Shown here: positions 35,797-45,504 of the stretch, one piece after another
Layout: every line of letters begins with the position of its first letter
Numbering within the stretch: position 1 is the stretch's first letter
Source: Candidatus Atribacteria bacterium
GTDB taxonomy: Bacteria > Atribacterota > Atribacteria > Atribacterales > JASGLU01
DNA length: 61,868 nt
Assembly (NCBI GenBank): GCA_030156825.1
Contig: JASGLU010000002.1
Span: 1-61,868, forward strand
Direction: 5' to 3'
The notes under the pieces: model-generated
What the model saw: only the letters and a program-made list of their open reading frames with translations
Database searches by the model: none
What the model was told of the DNA's origin: nothing
Translations under genes and position numbers: made by a program

Positions 35797-35991
35797 TGGT
35801 TCATTGCTAAAGCTTACGACCTTGATGAGGCAAACAAGATATCTGAACAAGATTTTGTAAGGTATCTGAAGATTTTAAAAATCGCGGGTTAAAATGGGTA
35901 TTTATCGGTAGAATTTGAAGGCAAAGGAGATCAGTATTTTGGTGTAAAGCGGGCGATTGAACTTATTAATGAAAACTGGGAAGGAAAATAG
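35797..35991 (+). pseudogene. C-terminal remnant of a sugar-phosphate isomerase/epimerase (xylose-isomerase-like TIM barrel) gene with an in-frame TAA
   Basis: Translation WFIAKAYDLDEANKISEQDFVRYLKILKIAG*NGYLSVEFEGKGDQYFGVKRAIELINENWEGK*. The AG(Y)NGYLSVEFEG block is typical of this family's C-terminus. There is no N-terminal part, and the internal stop is at 35890-35892. Confidence 0.5.
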
Positions 35992-36157
35992 AGTAGACCT
36001 CCGGCTTTAATATTGTTACTCTTCCCAGACAGAGTCAGAATCGAAATTAATAGCTGAGGGGAAAGTGCTTCTACATGAGTTGACACGATTTGAAAATGGG
36101 TTAAATTTGCAATAAGTAATCAATTGGGCTAAAATATTAGCGGTTGGTGAAACCACC

Positions 36158-36198
36158 AGCAACAAAAGAGTGGGTCTTGTGCCCACTCTTTTGTTGCT
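36158..36198. terminator. Bidirectional intrinsic-terminator-like hairpin upstream of nusA
   Basis: Perfect 17-bp inverted repeat AGCAACAAAAGAGTGGG / CCCACTCTTTTGTTGCT with a 7-nt loop. The A-rich 5' arm and T-rich 3' arm flank a GC core. Confidence 0.6.
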
Positions 36199-36281
36199 AT
36201 TTGAATGGTAGTTATTTTTGTTTGATAATAGATATAATTAACCGATTGATTTGGTTGGAAGATAAAATCGGAGGGTCGTTT

Positions 36282-37334
36282 ATGAAGACCGATATTTTTT
36301 TTGCCATAGAACAGTTGGAAAAAAGTAAAGGGATTCCCAAGGACAAGTTAAAGGAAACAATTGAAGCGGCCTTGCTTTCTGCTTATAGAAAAAATTTTAA
36401 GAGTTCCCATAAAGGGGTATCGGTAGAAGTAGATTCCCAAACCGGAGAAATTAAAGTTTTTGCCCGAAAAATGATAGTGGATAAATTAAAAGATTCTACT
36501 ACCGAGATTTCATGGGAGGAAGTTCAAAGGTTAGGGTTAAAAGGCCAGGTTGGAGATTGGGTGTCTATTGAGGTTACCCCGCATGATTTTGGAAGAGTTG
36601 CTGCTCAGACAGCTAAGCAGGTTATTATGCAGCGTTTGCGAGAGGCAGAAAGAGATTTAATTTATGAAGAATTTGTAGAAAAAGTGGGAGAAGTAATTAC
36701 TGGTCTGGTTAATCGAATAGAGGGCAAAGAAATAATAATTGATTTGGGGAGGGCCGAGGCTTCCCTTCCTCCCAATGAGCAAGTTTTTGCTGAAAGATAT
36801 CGAATTGGGGGAAGAATGAAGTTCTATATTGTGGAAGTTAGAAAAAGCAGTAAAGGACCGAAAATCATTCTTTCGCGGACTCACCCTAATCTGGTAAAAA
36901 GACTTTTTGAACTTGAAGTCCCGGAAATTCAGGATGGGTTAGTAGATATAAAGGCTATTGCCCGCGAACCGGGGGTAAGGAGTAAGGTGGCAGTTGAAAG
37001 TCGAAGCGAGAAGGTTGATCCAATAGGAGCTTGTATAGGAAACCGTGGATCCCGGGTGAAAAATATTACCGATGAGTTAAGGGGAGAGAAAATTGATATT
37101 ATAAGATGGAATAATGATCCGGCAGTTTTTATTACCGAAGCCCTTAGTCCGGCAAAAGTAATTCAGGTTGAACTTAATCAGGATGACAATACTGCGCAAG
37201 TGATTGTTCCAGAAAATCAGTTGTCTTTGGCTATTGGTAAGGAAGGACAAAATGCTCGTTTAGCCGCTCGTATTACCGGGTGGAGGATAGATATTAAAGG
37301 AAAGAAAGAAGAGGAGAAGGAACTTTCAGTATGA
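36282..37334 (+). CDS. nusA: Transcription termination/antitermination factor NusA
   Basis: NusA N-domain, S1 and two KH domains (LAIGKEGQNARLAARITGWRIDIK). ATG 36282 follows GGAGGG. The ORF-track start at 36144 runs through the terminator hairpin. Confidence 0.93.
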   Translation: MKTDIFFAIEQLEKSKGIPKDKLKETIEAALLSAYRKNFKSSHKGVSVEVDSQTGEIKVFARKMIVDKLKDSTTEISWEEVQRLGLKGQVGDWVSIEVTPHDFGRVAAQTAKQVIMQRLREAERDLIYEEFVEKVGEVITGLVNRIEGKEIIIDLGRAEASLPPNEQVFAERYRIGGRMKFYIVEVRKSSKGPKIILSRTHPNLVKRLFELEVPEIQDGLVDIKAIAREPGVRSKVAVESRSEKVDPIGACIGNRGSRVKNITDELRGEKIDIIRWNNDPAVFITEALSPAKVIQVELNQDDNTAQVIVPENQLSLAIGKEGQNARLAARITGWRIDIKGKKEEEKELSV

Positions 37335-37642
37335 GAAAGAAGTCGGTCCCAATAAGGACCTGTATTGCTTGTAGAGAGAGAAAGGAAAAAAGAGAGCTGA
37401 TTCGAATAGTAAGGAGCGCTATCGACAAAGTAGAGATAGATCCGACTGGTAAAAAATCAGGCCGGGGAGCCTATCTTTGCCGAAAAGAAGAGTGTATCTC
37501 AAAACTGTCAAAGGCTGATCTTTCCCGAGCACTGAAGAGTAATTTGAGCGAGTCAGATTATTCTGTGCTTAAGGGTTCTCTCCTTGAATTATTAACGTCT
37601 ACCCAGAAGGAGGTTGATCATGGGGAAAATAAGGATATATAA
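37331..37642 (+). CDS. ylxR: YlxR/RnpM-family (DUF448) RNA-binding protein
   Basis: PIRTCIACRERKEKRELIRIV...GRGAYLC signature, in the conserved position between nusA and infB. Confidence 0.88.
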   Translation: MRKKSVPIRTCIACRERKEKRELIRIVRSAIDKVEIDPTGKKSGRGAYLCRKEECISKLSKADLSRALKSNLSESDYSVLKGSLLELLTSTQKEVDHGENKDI

Positions 37643-39548
37643 GGTGGCTGAGCAACTGGGGATGCCCACCCATGATGTGATGGAGGTCCTTAAAGATTTA
37701 GGGGCTGAAGTTAAAAATCACATGAGTAGCATTGAAGACGATTTAATCGACTTGGTAAAAGAAGAGTTAGAACTACAAAAACAACAGGCAGAAGAGCTGA
37801 GGAAAAGAAAAGAGCGAACTTTATTATTGGAAAATGTCCCTACTATCAGGGAAATATCTAAATTATTGAACGTTGGATTTGAGGAATTAGCTATCCGGTT
37901 GGTCGACTGGAATATTGTTTTTGATTCTAAGAAGCCACTTCCTCCTTTAGTGGTGGAAAAGTTGGCTCGAACCTACGGTTGGGAAGTAGAGTGGAAAGAA
38001 GGCTTGAAAGAGAAAACCCTTGAATTGTTGGAGACTAAAAATTCTCCTCGGCCACCGATAGTCACTATTTTGGGCCATGTGGATCATGGCAAAACTACTT
38101 TGCTTGATGCCATTCGTCAATCCCGGGTGGCAGAGTCCGAATTTGGGGGTATTACCCAGAAGATAGGAGCTTACCAGGTAGAATTAGCAGGGCGGAAAAT
38201 AACTTTTATCGACACCCCAGGTCATGAGGCTTTCACCACTATGAGAGCTCGAGGGGCTCAAGTAACCGATGTTGCTGTTTTAGTGGTAGCTGCCGATGAT
38301 GGAGTGATGCCGCAAACCATAGAAGCTATCCAACATGCCCGGGCAGCCGATGTGCCAATAGTGGTAGCCATAAATAAGGTGGATAAACCTGGTGCAAACC
38401 CCGAAAGAGTAAAGCAGCAGTTGGCCGACCAACAGCTTATCCCCGAGGAATGGGGGGGAGACACTATTGTGGTCAATGTTTCTGCCTTACAAAAAAAGGG
38501 AATTGAAGACCTATTGGAAATGATTCTGCTTCAGGCAGACATGTTAGAATTGAGAGCTCGAGTTGATAGTTATGCTACTGGAGTGGTTATCGAGTCACGA
38601 TTGGATAGAGGCAGGGGACCGGTGGCCACAGTAATTGTGCAAGAGGGGACTCTAAAAGTGGGTGATTTTTTTGTGGTTGGTAACACTTGGGGGAAGGTGC
38701 GGAGCTTAATAAGTGATTTAGGGCAAACTGTGAAACAAGCCCTTCCTTCCACCCCGGTTGAAGTTGTGGGTTTTTCCGAAGTTCCTTCCGCTGGGGCTAA
38801 ACTGTTGGTAGTAGAGAACGAAAAGATAGCCCGATCCATTGCCGAAGATCGACAGCAAAAAGAAAGAGAAAAAATGCTGGAGAGCTCAAAGCCCACTCCT
38901 TATTCTCTGGAAGAAATTTTATCCCCTCAAGGCACAGAAACCAAACAGTTAAATTTGGTAGTTAAAGCTGATTTTCATGGATCAATAGAAGCTCTGGAAC
39001 AGGCTCTTTCTCAATTGTCAACCGATGAGGTTAGCCTTAATTTCGTTTCTAAAGGAGTTGGAAATATTACCGAAGCAGACATTATGTTGGCTTCGGCTTC
39101 TCAGGCAATAGTGGTTGGCTTTAACGTAAAATTACTCAGCAGTGCGGAAAAATTGGCTAAACAAGAGGGAGTAGAGGTTCGTCTCTATCGGGTGATTTAT
39201 GATTTGATGGAAGACATAGAAAAAGCTATTACCGGTATGGTTGAGCCACAAAAGGTAGAGGAAACTATCGGGAAAGCGGAAGTCAGGGCTATTTTTAAAA
39301 TTCCTCGAGTGGGAATAATAGCCGGTTGTTATGTTACCCAAGGTAAAATCGACCGAAATGCTTGGGTAAGAGTAATTAGAAATGAAGAGATGATTAAAGA
39401 TAAAGTTAAAATTGTTTCGCTTAAACATTTTAAGGAAGATGTCCGAGAGATATCTCAGGGTTATGAATGCGGCATCGGGCTCGACCATTTTGACGAATTA
39501 GAAGAAGGAGATGTTTTAGAGGCTTATGTTATTCGGGAGCAAAAATGA
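37620..39548 (+). CDS. infB: Translation initiation factor IF-2
   Basis: G-domain GHVDHGKTTLLD, DTPGHEAF and NKVD, plus IF-2 C-terminal domains. ATG 37620 lies 6 nt after AGGAGG. Confidence 0.95.
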   Translation: MGKIRIYKVAEQLGMPTHDVMEVLKDLGAEVKNHMSSIEDDLIDLVKEELELQKQQAEELRKRKERTLLLENVPTIREISKLLNVGFEELAIRLVDWNIVFDSKKPLPPLVVEKLARTYGWEVEWKEGLKEKTLELLETKNSPRPPIVTILGHVDHGKTTLLDAIRQSRVAESEFGGITQKIGAYQVELAGRKITFIDTPGHEAFTTMRARGAQVTDVAVLVVAADDGVMPQTIEAIQHARAADVPIVVAINKVDKPGANPERVKQQLADQQLIPEEWGGDTIVVNVSALQKKGIEDLLEMILLQADMLELRARVDSYATGVVIESRLDRGRGPVATVIVQEGTLKVGDFFVVGNTWGKVRSLISDLGQTVKQALPSTPVEVVGFSEVPSAGAKLLVVENEKIARSIAEDRQQKEREKMLESSKPTPYSLEEILSPQGTETKQLNLVVKADFHGSIEALEQALSQLSTDEVSLNFVSKGVGNITEADIMLASASQAIVVGFNVKLLSSAEKLAKQEGVEVRLYRVIYDLMEDIEKAITGMVEPQKVEETIGKAEVRAIFKIPRVGIIAGCYVTQGKIDRNAWVRVIRNEEMIKDKVKIVSLKHFKEDVREISQGYECGIGLDHFDELEEGDVLEAYVIREQK

Positions 39549-39826
39549 GAGTAGGAGTATGTCAAATTGAAATCTTTATTGACCATAGTTTTTCCCTTAA
39601 GGACAAACGAAGAGTGGTCAATTCTATTAAAAATAGGATTAAAAACCGGTTTAACGTTTCTATTATTGAAACTGGGACCGGTACTAATCGTAAAAAAACC
39701 ACCATCGGGCTATCTTGCGTGGGAATAGATGAGAATAGTGTGAGAAATTTGCTAAACCAGATCGTCTCTTTTTTGGAAGAGGATGATCGCTTAGAAATTA
39801 CTGATCTTAGCGCCGAAATTTATTGA
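39545..39826 (+). CDS. DUF503 (YlxP-like) protein
   Basis: MRVGVCQIEIFIDHSFSLKDKRRVVNSIKNRIKNRF is a typical DUF503 opening, in the conserved position after infB. Confidence 0.85.
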   Translation: MRVGVCQIEIFIDHSFSLKDKRRVVNSIKNRIKNRFNVSIIETGTGTNRKKTTIGLSCVGIDENSVRNLLNQIVSFLEEDDRLEITDLSAEIY

Positions 39827-39842
39827 GAAGTAGTGGTGATAA

Positions 39843-40232
39843 ATGAAAGAACAAAGGGCAGAAAGAATTGCCAAGCTTTTGGAAAAGGAAACTTCCTCCT
39901 TGCTACTTTTCCAGATGAAAGATCCTCGTTTAAAACGGTTTACCATAACCCGAGTTTGGGTTTCGCCTGACCTTCGTTTAGCACGGATTTTTATTGATTT
40001 TCCCGGTAGCGAAGAAGAAAGAATAGAGAAGTTTGAAACCCTGACTCATGCTACTAAATTTATCAAAGCCGAATTAGCCCGAAAGATAAGGATAAAATTC
40101 TTTCCGGAAATCGTCTTTGTCAAAGATGACCTTCTACCCAAAGCTTTCCGGGTAGTTCAGCTAATCAACCAAATGGAAAGTGAGTGGAAAAAGGGTGAAT
40201 CAGATCAGCCAGAAACTGAAGAAGATCATTGA
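39843..40232 (+). CDS. rbfA: Ribosome-binding factor A
   Basis: RbfA-like sequence (DPRLKRFTITRVWVSPDLRLARIF) with conserved synteny. Confidence 0.9.
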   Translation: MKEQRAERIAKLLEKETSSLLLFQMKDPRLKRFTITRVWVSPDLRLARIFIDFPGSEEERIEKFETLTHATKFIKAELARKIRIKFFPEIVFVKDDLLPKAFRVVQLINQMESEWKKGESDQPETEEDH

Positions 40233-41235
40233 TCATTATTCCCAGTTTGTGATTTCGTCTCATCAGAATGTCGATGGTGATGGGTTAGGGTCAGCTTTAT
40301 CCCTTCATTTTCTTCTGCAAAGTCAGGGGAAAAAAAGTACGGTAGTTTATGATGGAAACATTCCCTATTTCTATCAGTTTTTACCTGGAATAGACGAAAT
40401 TTCCAGTTGGGAAGATTTTTCTCGTAACTTGGATGCTTTTCCGCAAACGGTATTTTGGGTTTTGGATTGTTCTAACCCCGCCAGATTAGGGGGGGTAGAA
40501 CGGCTGCTTCCTAACTGCTCATTGGTGGTCAATTTAGATCATCATCCTGACAACAGCCACTTTGGGGACATTAATTTGGTTTGTCCGCAAATTCCGGCCT
40601 CTTCCCTTTTGGTCTACCAGTTGATTAAGGACCTGGAAGTAGCTCTTAACCGGGAAATGGCGACCAATATTCTTACTGGAATTATTACCGATACCGGTGG
40701 CTTCCAGTTTTTTGAATTAGATCAGAAATTAATTGGAATAATAGATGAATTGGTAGGTGCAGGAGCCTCGATGAGCACCATTATGAGGCATGCTTTCCAT
40801 TATCGGAGCGTTCAGGCTTTGAAGCTATTAGGCAGAGCGTTGGAAAACCTTTGGTTCGATTCTCAGCTGAAATATACTATCATCCATCTTTCTCAGGAAG
40901 ACTTTTTAGCTTGTCAGGCTAAAGAAGAGGATGCAGAAGGGATAGTAGATTACGGTCTATTTATACCTGGTGCTGAAATTACCGTTTTTTTTAAAGAGGT
41001 CAAACCTAAGAATTTTAAAGTTAGTTTGCGTTCCCGGGGAAAGATTAATGTTCTTCCTGTTGCCCACCAATTTGGTGGAGGAGGTCATCTAAAAGCAGCT
41101 GGCTTTAAGATTAGTGGAAGCTATCCGGAAGTAAATAAAAAAGTGATTGCTTTTTTGAAGGAGTTTTTAGCCCATCCCCAGGATGACAAAGAAACTTTGG
41201 AAGAAGATGCCCGGCGGAGTATTGAATCTTTATAA
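40180..41235 (+). CDS. nrnA: DHH/DHHA1 phosphoesterase (NrnA-like nanoRNase/pAp phosphatase)
   Basis: SHQNVDGDGLGS, DHHPDN and a GGGH motif near the C-terminus. The exact start is uncertain; GTG 40195 is an alternative. Confidence 0.85.
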   Translation: MSGKRVNQISQKLKKIIDHYSQFVISSHQNVDGDGLGSALSLHFLLQSQGKKSTVVYDGNIPYFYQFLPGIDEISSWEDFSRNLDAFPQTVFWVLDCSNPARLGGVERLLPNCSLVVNLDHHPDNSHFGDINLVCPQIPASSLLVYQLIKDLEVALNREMATNILTGIITDTGGFQFFELDQKLIGIIDELVGAGASMSTIMRHAFHYRSVQALKLLGRALENLWFDSQLKYTIIHLSQEDFLACQAKEEDAEGIVDYGLFIPGAEITVFFKEVKPKNFKVSLRSRGKINVLPVAHQFGGGGHLKAAGFKISGSYPEVNKKVIAFLKEFLAHPQDDKETLEEDARRSIESL

Positions 41236-42076
41236 ACCGGTGGGGGTGACCTCTTACCAGGTAGTAGAAAAAGTGAAAACTGTTTTGGGGACTAAAACCG
41301 GTCATGCTGGAACACTTGACCCCTTTGCTCGGGGAGTGTTGTTGGTTTGTTGGGGACGGGCTACTCGCTTGAGTCCTTATCTTCAGGAATTAACCAAGAT
41401 TTATCGGGCCAAAATTCGGCTGGGGATAACCACCGACACCTTTGATGTTAAAGGAGAGGTAACGGCGGTTAATTTTGCCGATTTGTCTGCTGAGGATTTG
41501 CAAGCGGTTATACCTAAGTTCAAAGGAAATATAATTCAACCGATTCCCTCGTTTTCTGCCTCTAAATATAAGGGGAAGCCTCGTTACCGCTATGCTAGGG
41601 AAGGGATGAATATTCCTGCTAAAAATAAAAAGGTTTTAATTTCCCGGATTGAGATGATTAACTTTGAGTCCGGGCTTTTTCCCCAGGCCGAGCTTGTGGT
41701 TGAGTGTTCAAGTGGTACTTATATTCGTTCCCTGGCACAGGAAATTGGTCAGGAGTTGGAAGTGGGGTCTTATTTGGCTTCTCTTCGGAGAGACAAAATC
41801 GGCCGCTTCGTATGGGAAAATAGCTTGGATGTTTTTCAAGCAGAGATAAATCGGGAGTTGATAATCCGCTCCAGCTTGCCTCCAGCAGATGCTCTTTACT
41901 GGCTTGAAAAAGTTCAGCTGGATTCTTCGCAGGCTAATAGATTTAGTCATGGAAATTGGATTAACTGGCAATTGTCTTTTAATAGCTCGCTGGTGCGGGT
42001 CTTCAGAGGAGACTGTTTTTTGGGATTGGGTGAAATAAAAGAGGACCGGCTCAAGCCCATTTTGGTATGGGAGTGA
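41207..42076 (+). CDS. truB: tRNA pseudouridine(55) synthase
   Basis: GVLNLYKPVGVTSYQVV and catalytic HAGTLDP. ATG 41207 gives the canonical TruB N-terminus; the ORF-track start is 41183. Confidence 0.92.
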   Translation: MPGGVLNLYKPVGVTSYQVVEKVKTVLGTKTGHAGTLDPFARGVLLVCWGRATRLSPYLQELTKIYRAKIRLGITTDTFDVKGEVTAVNFADLSAEDLQAVIPKFKGNIIQPIPSFSASKYKGKPRYRYAREGMNIPAKNKKVLISRIEMINFESGLFPQAELVVECSSGTYIRSLAQEIGQELEVGSYLASLRRDKIGRFVWENSLDVFQAEINRELIIRSSLPPADALYWLEKVQLDSSQANRFSHGNWINWQLSFNSSLVRVFRGDCFLGLGEIKEDRLKPILVWE

Positions 42077-42085
42077 TAACTAACT

Positions 42086-43063
42086 ATGACTTTCCGACGT
42101 GGAATTGAGAGAACAGAAAAAGGGCAGGTCTTATCTTTAGGTTTTTTTGATGGTGTTCATCGAGGACATCAAAAAGTGCTTACTTTGGCTTTTAGGGAGG
42201 CTGACCAGCTGGGGAAAAGATTAGAGATACTTACTTTCTATCCTCATCCGGTTAACTTTCTTAATTTTCCAAACTCTTTAAACTATTTAACCACTTATCA
42301 GGAAAAGTACCAATTAATTCAAGATTTTTTCCCTAAGTCGAGTGTTCGCTTTCTCCGGTTCAACCAGCAATTACGGTCAACCACTCCTGAATCTTTTGTC
42401 CAAAAAATTGGACTCTTTTTCCAGCCGGAGATGGTGGTGGTGGGGAAAAACTTTCGTTTTGGGGTTAACCGCCGGGGGGATTCTATCTTTCTTAAGGAGA
42501 AGCTGGAAGCCGAGGGCATAAAAGTGAAAATTGTTCCCACCTGGCAAGAAGACAAGCAGACGGTATCCAGCTCTAAAATCCGCTTTTTAATTGAAAAAGG
42601 TTTTATCTCGAAGGCTAATCAATTTTTAGGATACCCCTTTTTCTTAATGGGAAGAGTAAGAAAGGGGAAAGGAATGGGAAGAAAATTAGGTTTTCCTACT
42701 GCCAACCTTTATCCTCCTGTCCGGAAAATTCTTCCTCCGCCAGGAGTTTATTTTGGTTATGCTCAGGCAGTGAATCTTGCTCTGGTTTGGCCGGCCCTAA
42801 TTTATGTTGGGACTAAACCGTCTTTAGAAGCCAACGCTCGCCAAGTAGTAGAGGTTTACTGTCCCGATTTATCCGATAAAAATCTATATCAAGAAAAGTT
42901 AGCGGTTTATTTTTTACAGTTTTCTCGAGCTGAAAAAGTTTTTCCCGATCTTACTGCTCTGCAAGCGCAAATTGCTCAAGACTTAAAGAAGTTCCAGCAA
43001 TATTTACACTATCACCCGGGTATGATAAACTATTTGTTGAATGTCAAGAAGTTGGAGGTGTAA
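42086..43063 (+). CDS. ribF: Bifunctional riboflavin kinase/FAD synthetase
   Basis: [11 protein letters not shown] (FMN adenylyltransferase) and a C-terminal riboflavin kinase region (GFPTANL). Confidence 0.92.
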   Translation: MTFRRGIERTEKGQVLSLGFFDGVHRGHQKVLTLAFREADQLGKRLEILTFYPHPVNFLNFPNSLNYLTTYQEKYQLIQDFFPKSSVRFLRFNQQLRSTTPESFVQKIGLFFQPEMVVVGKNFRFGVNRRGDSIFLKEKLEAEGIKVKIVPTWQEDKQTVSSSKIRFLIEKGFISKANQFLGYPFFLMGRVRKGKGMGRKLGFPTANLYPPVRKILPPPGVYFGYAQAVNLALVWPALIYVGTKPSLEANARQVVEVYCPDLSDKNLYQEKLAVYFLQFSRAEKVFPDLTALQAQIAQDLKKFQQYLHYHPGMINYLLNVKKLEV

Positions 43064-43067
43064 TGGT

Positions 43068-43337
43068 TTGGCCCTTACTAAGGAGAAGAAACAGGAAATA
43101 ATCGACCAATTTAAAATCCATGGGGAGGACACCGGTTCTCCCGAAGTACAAATTGCTCTGTTAACCGAGAAAATTCAACGGTTGACCGACCATTTGAAAA
43201 AAAATCCCAAGGATTTTCATTCCCGTAGAGGTCTGTTTATTATGGTGGGTCAAAGAAGAAGGCTGTTGAATTATCTCAAAAAATATCATTTGGACCGTTA
43301 CTACTCGATTATCGAGAAGTTAGGGTTAAGAAAGTAA
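43068..43337 (+). CDS. rpsO: 30S ribosomal protein S15
   Basis: A TTG start after GGAGGTG gives (M)[35 protein letters not shown], the canonical S15 sequence. Confidence 0.93.
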   Translation: MALTKEKKQEIIDQFKIHGEDTGSPEVQIALLTEKIQRLTDHLKKNPKDFHSRRGLFIMVGQRRRLLNYLKKYHLDRYYSIIEKLGLRK

Positions 43338-43343
43338 AGGAGG

Positions 43344-45491
43344 TTGTTACAAATAGAAAGAATAGAAATTCCTTTTGGTTCAGAAAACATAATAGTAGAA
43401 GTTGGAAAGGTCGCGCGGCAGGCAGGCGGTTCATGTATGGTGTATTACGGGGATACGGCAGTTTTAGTGACTGCTACCTCTTCTCCTACTGCTCGAGAGG
43501 AAATTGATTTTGTCCCTTTAGTAGTTGATTTTGAAGAGCGCTTTTATGCCGCCGGTAAAATACCGGGAGGATTTATTAAAAGAGAGGGAAGGCCAAGAAC
43601 TACCGCTATTCTTAATGCTCGTTTGGTCGATCGTTCACTCCGACCCCTTTTCCCTCCCTTGTTTCGCAACGAAACCCAGGTAGTTTCTACTGTGCTATCG
43701 GTGGATGAAATTCACCCGCCAGATGTTATTTCCATATTAGGTGCTTCTATAGCTTTGGTTTTGTCGGACATCCCGTTTGCCGGGCCAGTGGGGGCTTGTC
43801 GAGTGGGGATGATTGATCAAGAGTTGGTAGTTAATCCTGGCTTAGAAGAGTTAAGCAGAAGCAGTCTGGATATGTTAGTTGCCGGTACCGATCAGGGAAT
43901 AACCATGATCGAGGCTGGGGCTTCTGAAGTGACTGAAGAGAAAATAGGCCAGGCGTTAGAAATGGCTTATCGGCAAATTAAGGATTTGATAAAGACCCAA
44001 GTAGAAATTCAAAATAGATTGGGCAAAACTAAAAGAGAAATTGCACCTCCTCTTCATTTGGAGGACTTGGGAGCATGGTTAAGAGAGTCTTACCAGCCAT
44101 TAGTTCGAGAACGGATTGCTATTCCGGAGAAAGAAATTCGAGAACTGGAAATCAATCTTCTTTTGCAAAAGGCGAAAGAAGAAGGAGAAGAAAAGTTTGA
44201 AGACCTTACCGGATTTGGCTTGAAGTGGGAAGAGATGATAGAAGAAGAAGTGCGAAGCTTGCTTTTTAAAACTGGTCATCGACAAGATGGCAGGTCTCCC
44301 AAAGAAATTCGGCCAATAACCTGTGAGACCGGAGTGCTTCCTCGAACCCATGGTTCTAGCCTTTTTACCCGGGGACAGACCCAGGCTTTGGTTATTACCA
44401 CCTTGGGAGCAACCAGTGAAGAACAAAAAGTGGATGGCTTGCAAGAAGAAGAGGCAAAACGCTTTATGCTTCACTACAATTTCCCTCCCTATAGTACAGG
44501 AGAAGTTCGTCCTATGAGGGGGCCGGGTAGAAGGGAAATCGGCCATGGTGCTTTGGCGGAGAGAGCTTTAGAAAGATTTATTCCCTCAGAAGAGGATTTT
44601 CCCTATACCATTAGAGTGGTATCCGAGATTTTAGAATCTAATGGTTCTTCTTCGATGGCAACGGTATGTGGAGCCAGTCTTTCTTTAATGGATGCCGGTA
44701 TTCCAATCAAGACCGCTTGCGCCGGATTATCCATTGGCTTGATGACTTCTGCCGACCAATACTTACTTTTGAGGGATATCTTGGGGTCGGAAGACCATTA
44801 TGGAGAAATGGATTTTAAGGTAGCCGGTAGCGAGGATGGAATTACTGCTATCCAGTTGGATGTTAAAAACCAGGGACTGGCGGTTGACATTTTGAAAGAA
44901 GCCCTGATTGAAGCTAAGGAAGGAAGAGCTCATATTTTAGGTGTCATGAACGCCGTATTAGAAAAACCGAGGGTATCTGTTTCTCCTTATGCACCTAAAA
45001 TTGGGATTGTGGAAGTTAAACCGGATCGTATCGGAGCCTTAATCGGCCCAGGAGGCAAGGTAATTAAGAAAATTGTGGAAGAAACTGGGGTAACCATCGA
45101 CATTCAAGACGATGGTAAAGTGCTGATATTTTCGAGAACGGATGAAGGAAAAGAGAAGGCCCTGCAGATGATTAATAGTATTACTCAGGATGTAGAAGTA
45201 GGTAAGATTTACCTGGGTAAGGTAACGAGAATTACCGATTTTGGGGCGTTTGTGGAAATTTTCCCGGGGAGAGAAGGTTTGTGTCATATTTCCCAGTTAT
45301 CCAAAGAAAGGGTTCGTAAAGTAGAAGATTTTGTCAAAGTGGGAGACGACCTTTTAGTAAAAGTAACCGGGGTTGATTCTTTGGGCAGGATCAACTTAAG
45401 CCATAAAGAAGCTCAAGCCGGTGCCTCTTCTGAGAACAAAAATCCTTCACACAACCGGGAGACCGGAAAAAGTCATCAAAAAAGGAGATAG
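43344..45491 (+). CDS. pnp: Polyribonucleotide nucleotidyltransferase (PNPase)
   Basis: Two RNase PH domains, a KH domain (GPGGKVIKKIVEETG) and an S1 domain (FGAFVEIFPGREGLCHISQL). Confidence 0.95.
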   Translation: MLQIERIEIPFGSENIIVEVGKVARQAGGSCMVYYGDTAVLVTATSSPTAREEIDFVPLVVDFEERFYAAGKIPGGFIKREGRPRTTAILNARLVDRSLRPLFPPLFRNETQVVSTVLSVDEIHPPDVISILGASIALVLSDIPFAGPVGACRVGMIDQELVVNPGLEELSRSSLDMLVAGTDQGITMIEAGASEVTEEKIGQALEMAYRQIKDLIKTQVEIQNRLGKTKREIAPPLHLEDLGAWLRESYQPLVRERIAIPEKEIRELEINLLLQKAKEEGEEKFEDLTGFGLKWEEMIEEEVRSLLFKTGHRQDGRSPKEIRPITCETGVLPRTHGSSLFTRGQTQALVITTLGATSEEQKVDGLQEEEAKRFMLHYNFPPYSTGEVRPMRGPGRREIGHGALAERALERFIPSEEDFPYTIRVVSEILESNGSSSMATVCGASLSLMDAGIPIKTACAGLSIGLMTSADQYLLLRDILGSEDHYGEMDFKVAGSEDGITAIQLDVKNQGLAVDILKEALIEAKEGRAHILGVMNAVLEKPRVSVSPYAPKIGIVEVKPDRIGALIGPGGKVIKKIVEETGVTIDIQDDGKVLIFSRTDEGKEKALQMINSITQDVEVGKIYLGKVTRITDFGAFVEIFPGREGLCHISQLSKERVRKVEDFVKVGDDLLVKVTGVDSLGRINLSHKEAQAGASSENKNPSHNRETGKSHQKRR

Positions 45492-45504
45492 CTGTTTTTA
45501 CTTT

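Noticed and set aside
36144-36281. The long ORF-track start for nusA, which adds 46 N-terminal codons.
   Set aside because: The extension runs through the 17-bp terminator hairpin and has no homology. ATG 36282 has a GGAGGG SD and gives the canonical NusA N-terminus.
45421-45504. An ftsK ORF start lying inside the 3' end of pnp.
   Set aside because: It would create an 71-nt out-of-frame overlap with a highly conserved gene. ATG 45505 begins the first TM segment.
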